DNA of 42,646 nucleotides from a virus: positions 1-42,646 of the IMG/VR virus record IMGVR_UViG_3300048916_000077. One strand, 5' to 3'. Position numbers and translations under genes: made by a program. Shown piece after piece: positions 7,728 to 16,507 of the stretch (the stretch's first letter is position 1; each line of letters starts with the position of its first letter). The notes below the pieces were generated by a model, which saw only the letters and a list, made by a program, of their open reading frames with translations, did not search any database and was not told the DNA's origin.

Positions 7728-9442
7728 CAGTTGACCCCCTGTGCTGTCTGCTGCTGGTAGCCGAGAATCTGGTAATTCATGAATAGGTTGCCGATGCGGA
7801 ACCCGGCGCTCGACTGCCCGGTCACCTCGATCTTCATCTGGCGGAACACCAGCGCTTCCGGCCACGGCATCCGCCACGGCGACATCGGCGCCAGATCACC
7901 GTCCCAATTGTTGCCGTCCCACTGGAAATTCGTGTCCCACAGCGTCGTCGTCAGCCCGGTGCCGCCCCACTTGGCGTTGCCCCACTGGAAATTGCCCCAG
8001 ATCGTCTGCTGGCCCTGCGCCGGGTCGATCACCACCTGGGCGAGCCAGGAGCCGGCCGGGTCGGAGGCGGTTACCGTGGTCACCGTGTTGCCGCCGATGA
8101 AGGACATCTCGATATTCGTCTCGATGACGCAATTGTTCTTCATCTGGTGGTTGTCGGGCAGCAAGACCGTCTGCCAGTCGAAGGTCATCGGCTGGCCGTT
8201 CTCGATATAGGTCGAGACCGGCGAGGGCCGCACATCGGTGCGCCACAGCCGCGACGACACGAGGTCGGGCGTGATCGCGTTGGCGGCCAGGAAGGTGCCG
8301 CGCCAGGCGGCGATCAGCGCATAGGGGAAGCTGTGTGGCCCCGACCACGCCTTGAGCACGAAATCGAACCAATATTCCTCGAACGGGTTGCCGTACTTCT
8401 TCCCGCTCTTGATCGTCACCCGGTACACATTGCGGTTGAAGGCGGCGCAGATGCGGGTCGGGGCCACGGCGTTCTGGAACGGCACCGCGATGCCGTCACC
8501 ATTGCCGCCGATCGGATCGCCGAGGTTTCCGTTCACGTCGAGGATCCGCAGCCCGTCATGGTCGATCATGGCGATGCCGTAGGGCGTCGTGCAGATCGAG
8601 TTCTGCGAGACCGTGCCGCCGCTGACGTTCAGTTCGTTGATGTCCCAGACGCTCGGGATGCCGGTATAGTCGCCGGTGAGCTGGAAGATGACCGAGCCCT
8701 GCTCGCTCTCCTTGAACACCATCAGCGACTGCACCACGCCGCCAAGTTGGTTGTTCAGCGGAACGCCGGCCATCGCCGTGATCGGCGTGGACGAGCCGAA
8801 GAACAGCACCTGATTGGCGTTGGTGACCTTGAGCGGGATCTGCGCGTCTGACGCGACCAGGGCGTTATCGACGGCGTAATAGAGCCGGCCGCCCAGCTTG
8901 TTGACCAGCGACGGCGGCTTGATCAGCGGGTTGCCCTGCAGATTGCCCGAACTCCATGACACATGCCCCGGAACCGAGAGATCGAACCAGCCGATGAAGC
9001 CGTTCTCGTTGCCCTTGAAGCCGGGGTGCGTCACCACCAGGAAGGTGGACAGGGCCGAGACCGTGGGCGGCGTCCAGTCGCCGGTCTCCAGCGGGGAGTA
9101 CGGCACGTTGTCGATCGTCACGCCCGAGATCGAGGCGAGGGTGCGGGTCAGGATGTTGAAGGCGAACGGCTCATCCCGGCCGGGGAAGCGGCCGGTGCCG
9201 ATCATGCCATAGGCCATGTCGCCGATCACGAACAGCAGCGTCACGGCGCTGGGCGCGTCGAGTTCGGCAAAGGTCTCCTGCTGGATCGCCGCCGGCCGGC
9301 AGACATGGACGCCGCGCGTGGACGGGTCAGGGATCAGGTCGCGCAGCACCGACATGGCGCCGGGGAACGAGTTCGTCCCGTCGAGCGCATCGGAGAGGCC
9401 CGCCGGGCGCCATTTCAGTGGGGTTGCATTTCTGAGCGGCAT
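7727..9442 (-). CDS. Virion tail protein, possibly tail tubular protein B / nozzle-like (571 aa)
   Basis: ORF track. The call rests on its size, its position between an adaptor-like gene and the fibres, and an N-terminus (PLKWRPAGLSDALDGTNSFPGAMSVLRDLIPDPSTRGVHVCRPA) that resembles in pattern the start of T7-gp12-type proteins. The assignment is positional and by recollection only. Confidence 0.45.
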   Translation of the reverse strand: MPLRNATPLKWRPAGLSDALDGTNSFPGAMSVLRDLIPDPSTRGVHVCRPAAIQQETFAELDAPSAVTLLFVIGDMAYGMIGTGRFPGRDEPFAFNILTRTLASISGVTIDNVPYSPLETGDWTPPTVSALSTFLVVTHPGFKGNENGFIGWFDLSVPGHVSWSSGNLQGNPLIKPPSLVNKLGGRLYYAVDNALVASDAQIPLKVTNANQVLFFGSSTPITAMAGVPLNNQLGGVVQSLMVFKESEQGSVIFQLTGDYTGIPSVWDINELNVSGGTVSQNSICTTPYGIAMIDHDGLRILDVNGNLGDPIGGNGDGIAVPFQNAVAPTRICAAFNRNVYRVTIKSGKKYGNPFEEYWFDFVLKAWSGPHSFPYALIAAWRGTFLAANAITPDLVSSRLWRTDVRPSPVSTYIENGQPMTFDWQTVLLPDNHQMKNNCVIETNIEMSFIGGNTVTTVTASDPAGSWLAQVVIDPAQGQQTIWGNFQWGNAKWGGTGLTTTLWDTNFQWDGNNWDGDLAPMSPWRMPWPEALVFRQMKIEVTGQSSAGFRIGNLFMNYQILGYQQQTAQGVN

Positions 9443-10200
9443 TAGCTGCCGCCAGTGAAGAACCCGACGTTCTTGGTGTCAGGAAGCCGGTTGAACGAGT
9501 TCCCAAAGCGACGCCGATCGAGGCCGATGGTCTTTGCCCTGCCTTCATCATCAGACGCCTGCATCTGCATGAACTTGCGCAGCAGGTTGCCAGAGCCCAG
9601 GCCGTTCGGGTTGTCCGAGAGGAAAGCTTCCGCCCGCGTGTCGTCGGCCAACTTCATCAACTGGCCGGTCAACTCGGTGATCAGGAAATTCTGGTTCGGG
9701 AACCACGGCACGGTGTTCGAGGTCTCGGGCGTCGCGATATCCGGCAGGTATTTGTAATAGCGGACGGTCATCGGATAGACGCCGTTCGACGGCTGCCAGA
9801 CATACATCAGCGGGTTGCTTGGCGGGTCCTGCGTCAACGGCGAAATATCGGTGTAGAACACGGTCGGGTAGTTATCCAGGCCGGGCGTCACCGGAAGCTG
9901 GTCGAACTGCGCCTGATCGTAGTTGATCAGGATGTACGGCACGCCGTTGATGGTGAAGAACACGCCGTCTCGGGTGTGGCGATAGTAATTGAGCGGCAGC
10001 GGGTAGGGCCCGCCGCCGTTGCCCGAGCCGTTATCGGCCACCAGATTGAAATTGAAGACGCCGCGGCACAGGTCCATGTCCTGGGTCTGTGCCAGGTCGC
10101 TCAAGATCATGTTGAGCAACATGCCGGCTTGGGCGGTGAACCCCGGCACATGGGCTGCACCGCAAGCGAGCGCGACGATCTGGGCCGCGGTGAGGGCCAT
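9442..10200 (-). CDS. Virion protein, possibly tail tubular protein A / adaptor-like (252 aa)
   Basis: ORF track. It is translationally coupled to the downstream 571-aa gene. Coding quality is good and the functional call is positional inference only. Confidence 0.4.
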   Translation of the reverse strand: MALTAAQIVALACGAAHVPGFTAQAGMLLNMILSDLAQTQDMDLCRGVFNFNLVADNGSGNGGGPYPLPLNYYRHTRDGVFFTINGVPYILINYDQAQFDQLPVTPGLDNYPTVFYTDISPLTQDPPSNPLMYVWQPSNGVYPMTVRYYKYLPDIATPETSNTVPWFPNQNFLITELTGQLMKLADDTRAEAFLSDNPNGLGSGNLLRKFMQMQASDDEGRAKTIGLDRRRFGNSFNRLPDTKNVGFFTGGS

Positions 10201-10202
10201 GG

Positions 10203-10811
10203 TTACTCCGAAATGGCTGCGGTCAGCCGGTCGATCTCGCTCTGGAACCAGGCAATCTTCTTGTCGAAGTCGCGCATGGCGCTGTCGTGGTTGCGCAATG
10301 CGCCGTCACGGTCGGCCTTGAGCTTGTCCTGCTCGCGCTCCTCGTGGTCGATCTGCGACACGATGCGCTGCACACGGACGCTGGCGCCCTGCGAAATCTT
10401 GTAGTCGCCGCGCTTGCCGGACGTGCCGAACGCCATCTCATCGTCGGACTTGATCGACCCGGCTTCCGACTGGAAAGCCTCGATCCGCGCCGACGACTGG
10501 ATCATCATCTCTTGGAACGTCCGCTCGGCCCGCTCGTAGAGCTCGACCGCATCCTGCTTCTCGCGCTTCTGCACGATGATGGCATGGCTGAAACTGTCGA
10601 TGTCCACCAGCGCCGCCTGCCGAAAGCCGGCCTTACGCATCTTGTCCAGCACGTCGTTCCACACCTCCAGCCCGTCGTCGCGGCCGAAGCAGGACGAAAG
10701 CTGCAGCGAGGACGCGCCTTCGCCGATGCGGAACTCCATGACCGTGCCGACGGCAACGTCGCTGGGCTTGGCCTCGGAAATCGGGCGCTTCATTTCGGTG
10801 ACAGTGGACAT
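10203..10811 (-). CDS. Hypothetical virion-module protein (202 aa), coiled-coil C-terminal half
   Basis: ORF track. It sits in the structural operon with an ATGA overlap to the upstream gene. No motif was recognised. Confidence 0.6.
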   Translation of the reverse strand: MSTVTEMKRPISEAKPSDVAVGTVMEFRIGEGASSLQLSSCFGRDDGLEVWNDVLDKMRKAGFRQAALVDIDSFSHAIIVQKREKQDAVELYERAERTFQEMMIQSSARIEAFQSEAGSIKSDDEMAFGTSGKRGDYKISQGASVRVQRIVSQIDHEEREQDKLKADRDGALRNHDSAMRDFDKKIAWFQSEIDRLTAAISE

Positions 10812-11335
10812 CAGTGCAGGTCCGTCCTTGTGTTCAGCGCCATCGGCGCGTTGAGAGCGGCGCCGTGGCGGATATGGGTATCGCGCTCGCGACGGTTGAA
10901 GTTGGTGAACTTGCCGTCCTTCTGGTCCTCGTGCTGCCAGCTCATCTGCATCTGGTCGATCAGCGTGGCATAGACAGCCGGGCTGACCCGGTAGGTGTGC
11001 CCGTGCATGTATTTGCGGCCGTCCAGATTGATGCCGTCGATGCAGAACGGCGGCAGGCTGACCGTGACATGCTGAAGAAGCTCCTCGGCGGTCGGCGCGG
11101 GGCCTTCCTTCGGGGCGAGGCCGGCGGCGACGCGCTCCTCCTCCTCGATCTCCTCCATCTTGGCCTTCAGCGCAGCCTGACGAAGCTCCTTCTGGACCTT
11201 CTCTCGGGCCTTGGCGCGCAGTTGGGCGATGTCCTCCTCAGAGAAGGCATTCGGATCGGCGGCAACGACAGCGGGCTTTTCCGGGGCGGGATCGGCCTTC
11301 GGCGCGGCGGCCTTCTTCAGTTCATCGCTCATCAA
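10811..11335 (-). CDS. Hypothetical virion-module protein (174 aa), Lys/Glu/Ala-rich N-terminal half
   Basis: ORF track. It is translationally coupled on both sides. No motif was recognised. Confidence 0.6.
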   Translation of the reverse strand: MMSDELKKAAAPKADPAPEKPAVVAADPNAFSEEDIAQLRAKAREKVQKELRQAALKAKMEEIEEEERVAAGLAPKEGPAPTAEELLQHVTVSLPPFCIDGINLDGRKYMHGHTYRVSPAVYATLIDQMQMSWQHEDQKDGKFTNFNRRERDTHIRHGAALNAPMALNTRTDLH

Positions 11336-11631
11336 CTATGCACCCATGAAGCGCCGGCGGCAGCGGCGGCCGACAGCAGGATAGGAAAGCCGGTGGCCGG
11401 ATCAAACGCCACCACATCGCCGGGGAGCGCTTTCAGGATTCCCCGGTTCGGCACGTACAGGATGCCCGTCCGCGCCCACGCACCGGGATAGATCGGGTTC
11501 GTGTTCACCTGATCGTTAAGGATGCCCTCGGCGATCGTGGCGATATCCGCGTTCGACATATTCAGGCCGCGCGAGAAGGTCAGCGCGGTAAGGGTTGTAG
11601 TCCCTGCCGTGCCGAGGGTGATCGTCGCCAT
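11332..11631 (-). CDS. Small head/neck-module protein (99 aa)
   Basis: ORF track. It lies just downstream of the capsid gene. No motif was recognised. Confidence 0.55.
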   Translation of the reverse strand: MATITLGTAGTTTLTALTFSRGLNMSNADIATIAEGILNDQVNTNPIYPGAWARTGILYVPNRGILKALPGDVVAFDPATGFPILLSAAAAAGASWVHS

Positions 11632-11634
11632 GGA

Positions 11635-11895
11635 TCAATCCCCACCAGTGGCGAAGCCCTGGATTTGCGCGATAGCGGCCTGGGCAGCCGTCGAGAGAGC
11701 GGCGCCGGCGGCAACCACCGCCGTGTTGATGTTCGCCGTGCTCGGGGCGTTGCCGCCCGGCACAAGGATATAGCTGCCGCTGCTGGAACCGGGCGGGCCG
11801 AGCGAGAACTCGGCAACCTGGGCGTTCGGCACCGTCTCCGATGCCGCGCCGTCCGGGGCCCACTGAACCTTCAAGGTCATCGATACGAGATACAT
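11635..11895 (-). CDS. Small head-module protein (86 aa), possible decoration/accessory protein
   Basis: ORF track. It lies immediately downstream of the major capsid gene. The functional suggestion is positional only. Confidence 0.5.
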   Translation of the reverse strand: MYLVSMTLKVQWAPDGAASETVPNAQVAEFSLGPPGSSSGSYILVPGGNAPSTANINTAVVAAGAALSTAAQAAIAQIQGFATGGD

Positions 11896-11921
11896 TTCGC
11901 TTATCCTTTCAGGATATCAGA

Positions 11922-13277
11922 TCAGCCGTACGAGCCGCTGAAAGCCGAGGTGCTCTCAATGCGGGCCATAAATTTCACATTCTCAAGGAGAACCCCATAA
12001 AAATTGGTCCATGAGACGATGCGAAGCTGGTTGTTCGGGTCCGACTTGTCGGCCTTGTCCAGGTACTGCATCTTCAGCCGTGACAGTTCCACGACCGTGT
12101 AGCTGTCCTCACCGAACACGTAGGTCGGATAGACGGTCAGGCCGCTGGTGTTGCCGGGGTAGGCCGGCGGCGTGCGCGCCGGGCCGATGGCCGTCAGGAT
12201 CACTGCGGTATTGGCCGGAAGCTGGGTTGCCACGCCGGTGAGCGGACCGCTGGTCGGGCCGCTGGGCGAGAGCGCAAGCTGCGGCGAGAGCGTCGAGGTG
12301 CCGAGGCCGATATAGACGTTGTAGGTGAAGCCGGCGACGTTCGGCGTGGTGACGGTGATGGAGCCATTCGGCCCGGTCACGGCGATACCGGCCGAGATCG
12401 AGTAGATCTGGCTCTCGAACTGGTTCTGCGTGTCCTGGCCGGTGACGGTGATGTAGTAGGTGCCGGTCGCCAGAGAACCCGAGGTTCCAGCGCTGCCGGC
12501 CGATTGGCTGAGGCCGGTCCAGGACGGGACCATGTTCGATTCGCAGAAGCGGATCGAGCGCCACTCGCCGATCTCGTAGTTGTACAGGCGGTTGATGTCG
12601 CTGTACGACCAAGCGGTGACCACCGTGGAGTTCTCGGAGAAATCGCCCGACACGTTGGGGTGGATGATCGCGACATAGTGCGGGTTCATCCGCGGGTTGC
12701 TGCTGGCCTTGCTGCCGCCGTTGCCGGCGCTGACCTTCACGTCCTCTTCCTTCGGTCCCATGAACATCGGGGCGCCGTTGGTGCGCAGCGCCGTCGCGGT
12801 CCGGTTGACCGTGTGCGGGTCGAGAACATCGCCGGCCTGCAGCGCGGCGCGGCTGCCGCGCGAGTTCACATAGTTGACGTTCGGCGCGCCGTTCAGGTTG
12901 AGGTAGGTGTTGCGCTCATCGGTTTCCGCGATCTGCAGCGAGCAGAGGCGGATGGCCTGCTTGAACGGCTTGTGGAAGATGGTCAGCTCGGCCACGTCGG
13001 TGATGTTCACCCGGTCGCCCCATTGCTGGGCGGTGGCGCTGACCTGGGTGATCGTCATCGTCTCGCCGGCCGGGGGCACACCTTCCGAGAGGGGAGCGTA
13101 GGGGAGCGGCAAGCGCTCGAACCGGGTGGCGGTGTAGGTGACGCCGTAGCCTTCCGGCAGGGTCGCCTTATTCGCGAACTGGTATGCCACCAGTTGCTTC
13201 TGCGTCAGGCGCAGCGTCTCTTTCTGGATATACTTGAGACGATCGGCTGCGAATTGCGGCGATGCGTTAATGCCCAT
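11922..13277 (-). CDS. Major capsid protein, N4-gp56-like family (451 aa)
   Basis: ORF track. It follows a scaffold-like gene. The N-terminal pattern LPEGYGVTYTATRFERLPLPYAPLSEGVPPAGETMTITQVSATAQQWGDRVNITD matches my recollection of the N4-gp56 capsid family (G.t..~R...L....pL.EG.tP). The size is typical. Confidence 0.8.
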   Translation of the reverse strand: MGINASPQFAADRLKYIQKETLRLTQKQLVAYQFANKATLPEGYGVTYTATRFERLPLPYAPLSEGVPPAGETMTITQVSATAQQWGDRVNITDVAELTIFHKPFKQAIRLCSLQIAETDERNTYLNLNGAPNVNYVNSRGSRAALQAGDVLDPHTVNRTATALRTNGAPMFMGPKEEDVKVSAGNGGSKASSNPRMNPHYVAIIHPNVSGDFSENSTVVTAWSYSDINRLYNYEIGEWRSIRFCESNMVPSWTGLSQSAGSAGTSGSLATGTYYITVTGQDTQNQFESQIYSISAGIAVTGPNGSITVTTPNVAGFTYNVYIGLGTSTLSPQLALSPSGPTSGPLTGVATQLPANTAVILTAIGPARTPPAYPGNTSGLTVYPTYVFGEDSYTVVELSRLKMQYLDKADKSDPNNQLRIVSWTNFYGVLLENVKFMARIESTSAFSGSYG

Positions 13278-13321
13278 CAGAACCTCCGGTTATCGGGACT
13301 GATGGCACGCCGCCTACAGCC

Positions 13322-14113
13322 CTAGAACTTCACACCCGCGAGACGCCGTTCCAGCGCCTCGATGCTATCGTCGCCGCGCCGGCCGCCCCTATCGGAGCCC
13401 GCTTCGCCTGCTGCCCGCCCGGGTCTGCCCTGGGCTGCTGCGATGCGCGAAGCGCCGGCCTTCTTGGCCTTCCCGGCGTTCTTCATCGACTGCTCGAACA
13501 GCCGGGTACCGAGAACGTGCTTGAGGGCCGTTTCACGATCCACCGTGAAGCCCCGCGCTTTCTGATCCGAGACCACCTTTTCCACATCCGTCGCGTACTT
13601 CCGCGCCAGCGGGTTTGAGGTCTGCAAGGAGCGGAAAGCCGCTCTGTCCGTCTCTTCGGCCAGCGTCATCTGCGTCTGATGAAGCCGGGCGTTGACCTTG
13701 TTCATTTCCTTCGCGACCAGGTACTGGACCTGTTCGTGAGGGGCCATCAGTGCGAGGCGTTCGGCCTCCTGGGCGGCTTCCGCCGCGATCTCCTGGGCGG
13801 TCGGCTGGCGGGGCGCTGTCTGCAACTGCCGGATTTCGGCAATCTCGCGCTCCAGCCGGTCGGCCCGGTCTTTCGCTTCTTTCGCCTCTGCCTTGGCTAA
13901 CCGCACGCTCTCGGCGGCGCGGCCCTGGCGCGGCGAACGGGCTGCTACATGCCCTTCTTGCCCTTCGCCTTCATCATCTTCTTCGCCGGCATCGTCTTCT
14001 TGCCCTTGGCCTTCATCGCCATCGGCATCCCCTTCGGCTTCATTGCCTTCGCCATCTTCATCTCCACCGGGAATTTCGATGTCTTCGTCTTCAACCAAAC
14101 TCAGGTCGGACAT
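13322..14113 (-). CDS. Scaffolding protein (263 aa)
   Basis: ORF track. It lies between the portal and capsid genes. It has an extremely acidic N-terminus (DEDGEGNEAEGDADGDEGQGQEDD) followed by a long helical, charged region. An AGGAG sequence precedes the ATG. Confidence 0.65.
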   Translation of the reverse strand: MSDLSLVEDEDIEIPGGDEDGEGNEAEGDADGDEGQGQEDDAGEEDDEGEGQEGHVAARSPRQGRAAESVRLAKAEAKEAKDRADRLEREIAEIRQLQTAPRQPTAQEIAAEAAQEAERLALMAPHEQVQYLVAKEMNKVNARLHQTQMTLAEETDRAAFRSLQTSNPLARKYATDVEKVVSDQKARGFTVDRETALKHVLGTRLFEQSMKNAGKAKKAGASRIAAAQGRPGRAAGEAGSDRGGRRGDDSIEALERRLAGVKF

Positions 14114-14226
14114 GCTTTTGCTCCTGGGTTACGACCCCAAAACGAGAGCGGTTATACGACACCGCCAAACGAGGTAACACAAAATGGTATCAACTGCGGA
14201 TTTTTGTCAATCGGTAATCTTTATTC

Positions 14227-16359
14227 TCACATTTTGCGCGGCATAGCCAAAGGCATCTGATCCGGGTGGATTGCTCCGTTCGGACCCTTCGCCATGTGGG
14301 GACCGGCGGGCGAAGCGCCCGGCTTGGGCGTGCCGGCGACACCGGGGCCAGCACCGCCCGGCTTACCCGGCATTCCCTGAGGCGGCGGACCAGCCTGGGC
14401 CTGCTGCTTCTCCATCATAGACTTCTGGTGCTTCATCATGTGCAGCCGCACGGTCCCGTGCATGTCGCCATGGTTCATCAGCGGCTGGTGCACATGAAGG
14501 TGCTGCGCGTCGTCGTCCAGCGGCGACACCGGGATATCGAAACCGTCGAGCAGCATGGCGTTCTCGAACTCGGCCGGCACCGAGAGGCTGTCCTTGATGT
14601 CTTCCAGGATCAGAGGCGCCAGCCGCGGCCCGAAGGCATTCTCAGCCAAGCGCTCGGCGAACGGCGCGAGGTTCAGCTTCTTGCCCGGCATCTTGTCGGG
14701 CGGGATGCCGTTCAGGACGTTGACCGCGGCGATCTGCTGCTGCACCTGCTGTGCGCTGCGCGCCGCCTCGACGCCGAGCCACACATATTCATACCGCGTG
14801 TTCATCTGCAGCGGCTCGATTTCCTGCATCACCGCCTTCATGCCGGCGCGGCCGTACATTTTCACGACAATGGCGTCTTCGCGGAACTGTGCATCCAGCC
14901 AGGCGAAGCGGGTCAGCACCTCGTTGAGCACGCTGCCCTCAAGCGCTGTCACCACGTCGGCCGTGGTCAACACGTCAACCTGCTGCTCGTTGGCGATCTC
15001 GGCCTGGTTCTTCTTGGTCCGCCCGCCGGTCTGGCCGGGGATCATCGACGGGTTGACGCCGAGGGACTGGAATACCTGCTGCTTGGCGGCGCTGACGAGC
15101 TCCATCGCGTCTTTCCACAGCGGCGGGAACTCGGCGAACTTGGTGCTCGACGGATCGACCTCCCACACGGCGGCAAGGTCCATCACCATCGACCCGAGGC
15201 GCGGATTGCGGATCGGGTCGGTCATGACGATCGGCATCAGCGCATAGGTCGCGCTGTCGGCCCCCTGGTTCATCCAATCGTTCGCCGCATACTGGAAGGT
15301 GGCAACCTTCTTCACCGGCGCGGTGCCCTTGAACACGCCGGAAATCTTGTCGAGCGGGGCGGAGATCAGCGGGCACAGGTCGGACCAGTACGGATTTTGC
15401 TTGCAGCCGAGGACGAGATCGGGGCCGCCGAAATAGGCCCGGCATAGTGTCTTCTCATCGCCGACATCGAGCCGGGTCCACACCTCGTATCCCAGCGCGA
15501 ACTTGCCGCCGCCCTGGATGCCGGCCGCGTCCACGTGCTTCTTCTTGGCGTCGGTCTTGCTCGGGTCTTTCGACAGGGCTTCGATCAGCGGCTGGGCGCG
15601 CGACTTGATGAACTCGCCCTCCTTGATCATCCGCTTGATATCGGCCTTGGTCCATCGGCGCAGGATGGTAACGCTGCCGCCGCGCGCCAGCGCCTCGTCG
15701 ATGCTGTCGGCGGTGTGCGGCAGGACCATGACATCGCTGTCGGGGATGACCTCGACCATCGGCGACATCGCCGGAATTTCTTCCTCCTTGATGTCGTCGG
15801 AGGGATCGTCGGTCTCGACCTCGATGCCGTCCAACTCCTCGCCGCGCTTGACCTTGTACGAGACGTTGCGCTTGGACTTGTTCCACGAGACGTAGAGGTT
15901 CCACTGCCCCTCGACGTCGCCGTTACGCAGCAGCGCCGGGATGACCAGCGTCCGCAGCTTCGAGGTGCGAACGTAATGCTCCATCAGCGCCATTTGCTCG
16001 AACGGCAGATCGGCGTCCGTCGTGATGATCTCGACATTCCGGCCGCTGCCGGGGAAGACCTGATTGGTGAAGCGGGTGACGCGGGCGTCGATGGCGTCGC
16101 GGACCAGGGGCACATAGATTGAGGCGTTGCCCTGATAGAACTGGTTCTGCCCCATGTTGCAGTTGTAGATGTCCCAGTAGTCCATCTGGTCGTTGATCCG
16201 CGTCGCCGCGTCGATGAACGCCTTGTCGATATGCTGGTAGAGATCGAGGAGATCGTCCTCGATGGACTTGCGCCGGCCCAGCTCGGTATCGCGCGGCACG
16301 CCCTTCTTCTCGGCCGCCTCTTCCTCGTCGTCGCCGGTGTACTGTGAGGCGTCAGTCAC
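14227..16359 (-). CDS. Portal protein (710 aa), GTG start
   Basis: ORF track. Its size and its position immediately downstream of the large terminase and upstream of scaffold and capsid support the call. The C-terminal Gly/Pro-rich tail is typical of podovirus portals. Confidence 0.75.
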   Translation of the reverse strand: MTDASQYTGDDEEEAAEKKGVPRDTELGRRKSIEDDLLDLYQHIDKAFIDAATRINDQMDYWDIYNCNMGQNQFYQGNASIYVPLVRDAIDARVTRFTNQVFPGSGRNVEIITTDADLPFEQMALMEHYVRTSKLRTLVIPALLRNGDVEGQWNLYVSWNKSKRNVSYKVKRGEELDGIEVETDDPSDDIKEEEIPAMSPMVEVIPDSDVMVLPHTADSIDEALARGGSVTILRRWTKADIKRMIKEGEFIKSRAQPLIEALSKDPSKTDAKKKHVDAAGIQGGGKFALGYEVWTRLDVGDEKTLCRAYFGGPDLVLGCKQNPYWSDLCPLISAPLDKISGVFKGTAPVKKVATFQYAANDWMNQGADSATYALMPIVMTDPIRNPRLGSMVMDLAAVWEVDPSSTKFAEFPPLWKDAMELVSAAKQQVFQSLGVNPSMIPGQTGGRTKKNQAEIANEQQVDVLTTADVVTALEGSVLNEVLTRFAWLDAQFREDAIVVKMYGRAGMKAVMQEIEPLQMNTRYEYVWLGVEAARSAQQVQQQIAAVNVLNGIPPDKMPGKKLNLAPFAERLAENAFGPRLAPLILEDIKDSLSVPAEFENAMLLDGFDIPVSPLDDDAQHLHVHQPLMNHGDMHGTVRLHMMKHQKSMMEKQQAQAGPPPQGMPGKPGGAGPGVAGTPKPGASPAGPHMAKGPNGAIHPDQMPLAMPRKM

Positions 16360-16507
16360 GGTGTGGGCGCTTCAAGCAAACGATTTTTTCGGCCTCATCC
16401 CGTTCCATCAGCTCCCAGCCATCTCTCTCGTGCTCGGCTAGAGTCTCGAGGTAATCAGACTCATCCTTGTAGCGAATTATGCGCATATCCAGTGGCTGCT
16501 CCATCAT
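16352..16507 (-). CDS. Small ORF (51 aa) between terminase and portal
   Basis: It is below the ORF-track cutoff and was found by hand translation (MMEQPLDMRIIRYKDESDYLETLAEHERDGWELMERDEAEKIVCLKRPHRD). Its ATG overlaps the terminase stop (ATGATG/TGA) and its stop overlaps the portal GTG start, so it exactly fills the gap. Confidence 0.45.
   Translation of the reverse strand: MMEQPLDMRIIRYKDESDYLETLAEHERDGWELMERDEAEKIVCLKRPHRD

Noticed and set aside
14184-14210. Internal promoter TTGACA-N15-TACCAT (minus strand) in the A/T-rich gap upstream of the scaffold gene.
   Set aside because: The -35 is perfect, but the 15-nt spacer is too short for a standard sigma70 promoter and no better -10 is in register. 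It is possible but not supportable as a feature.
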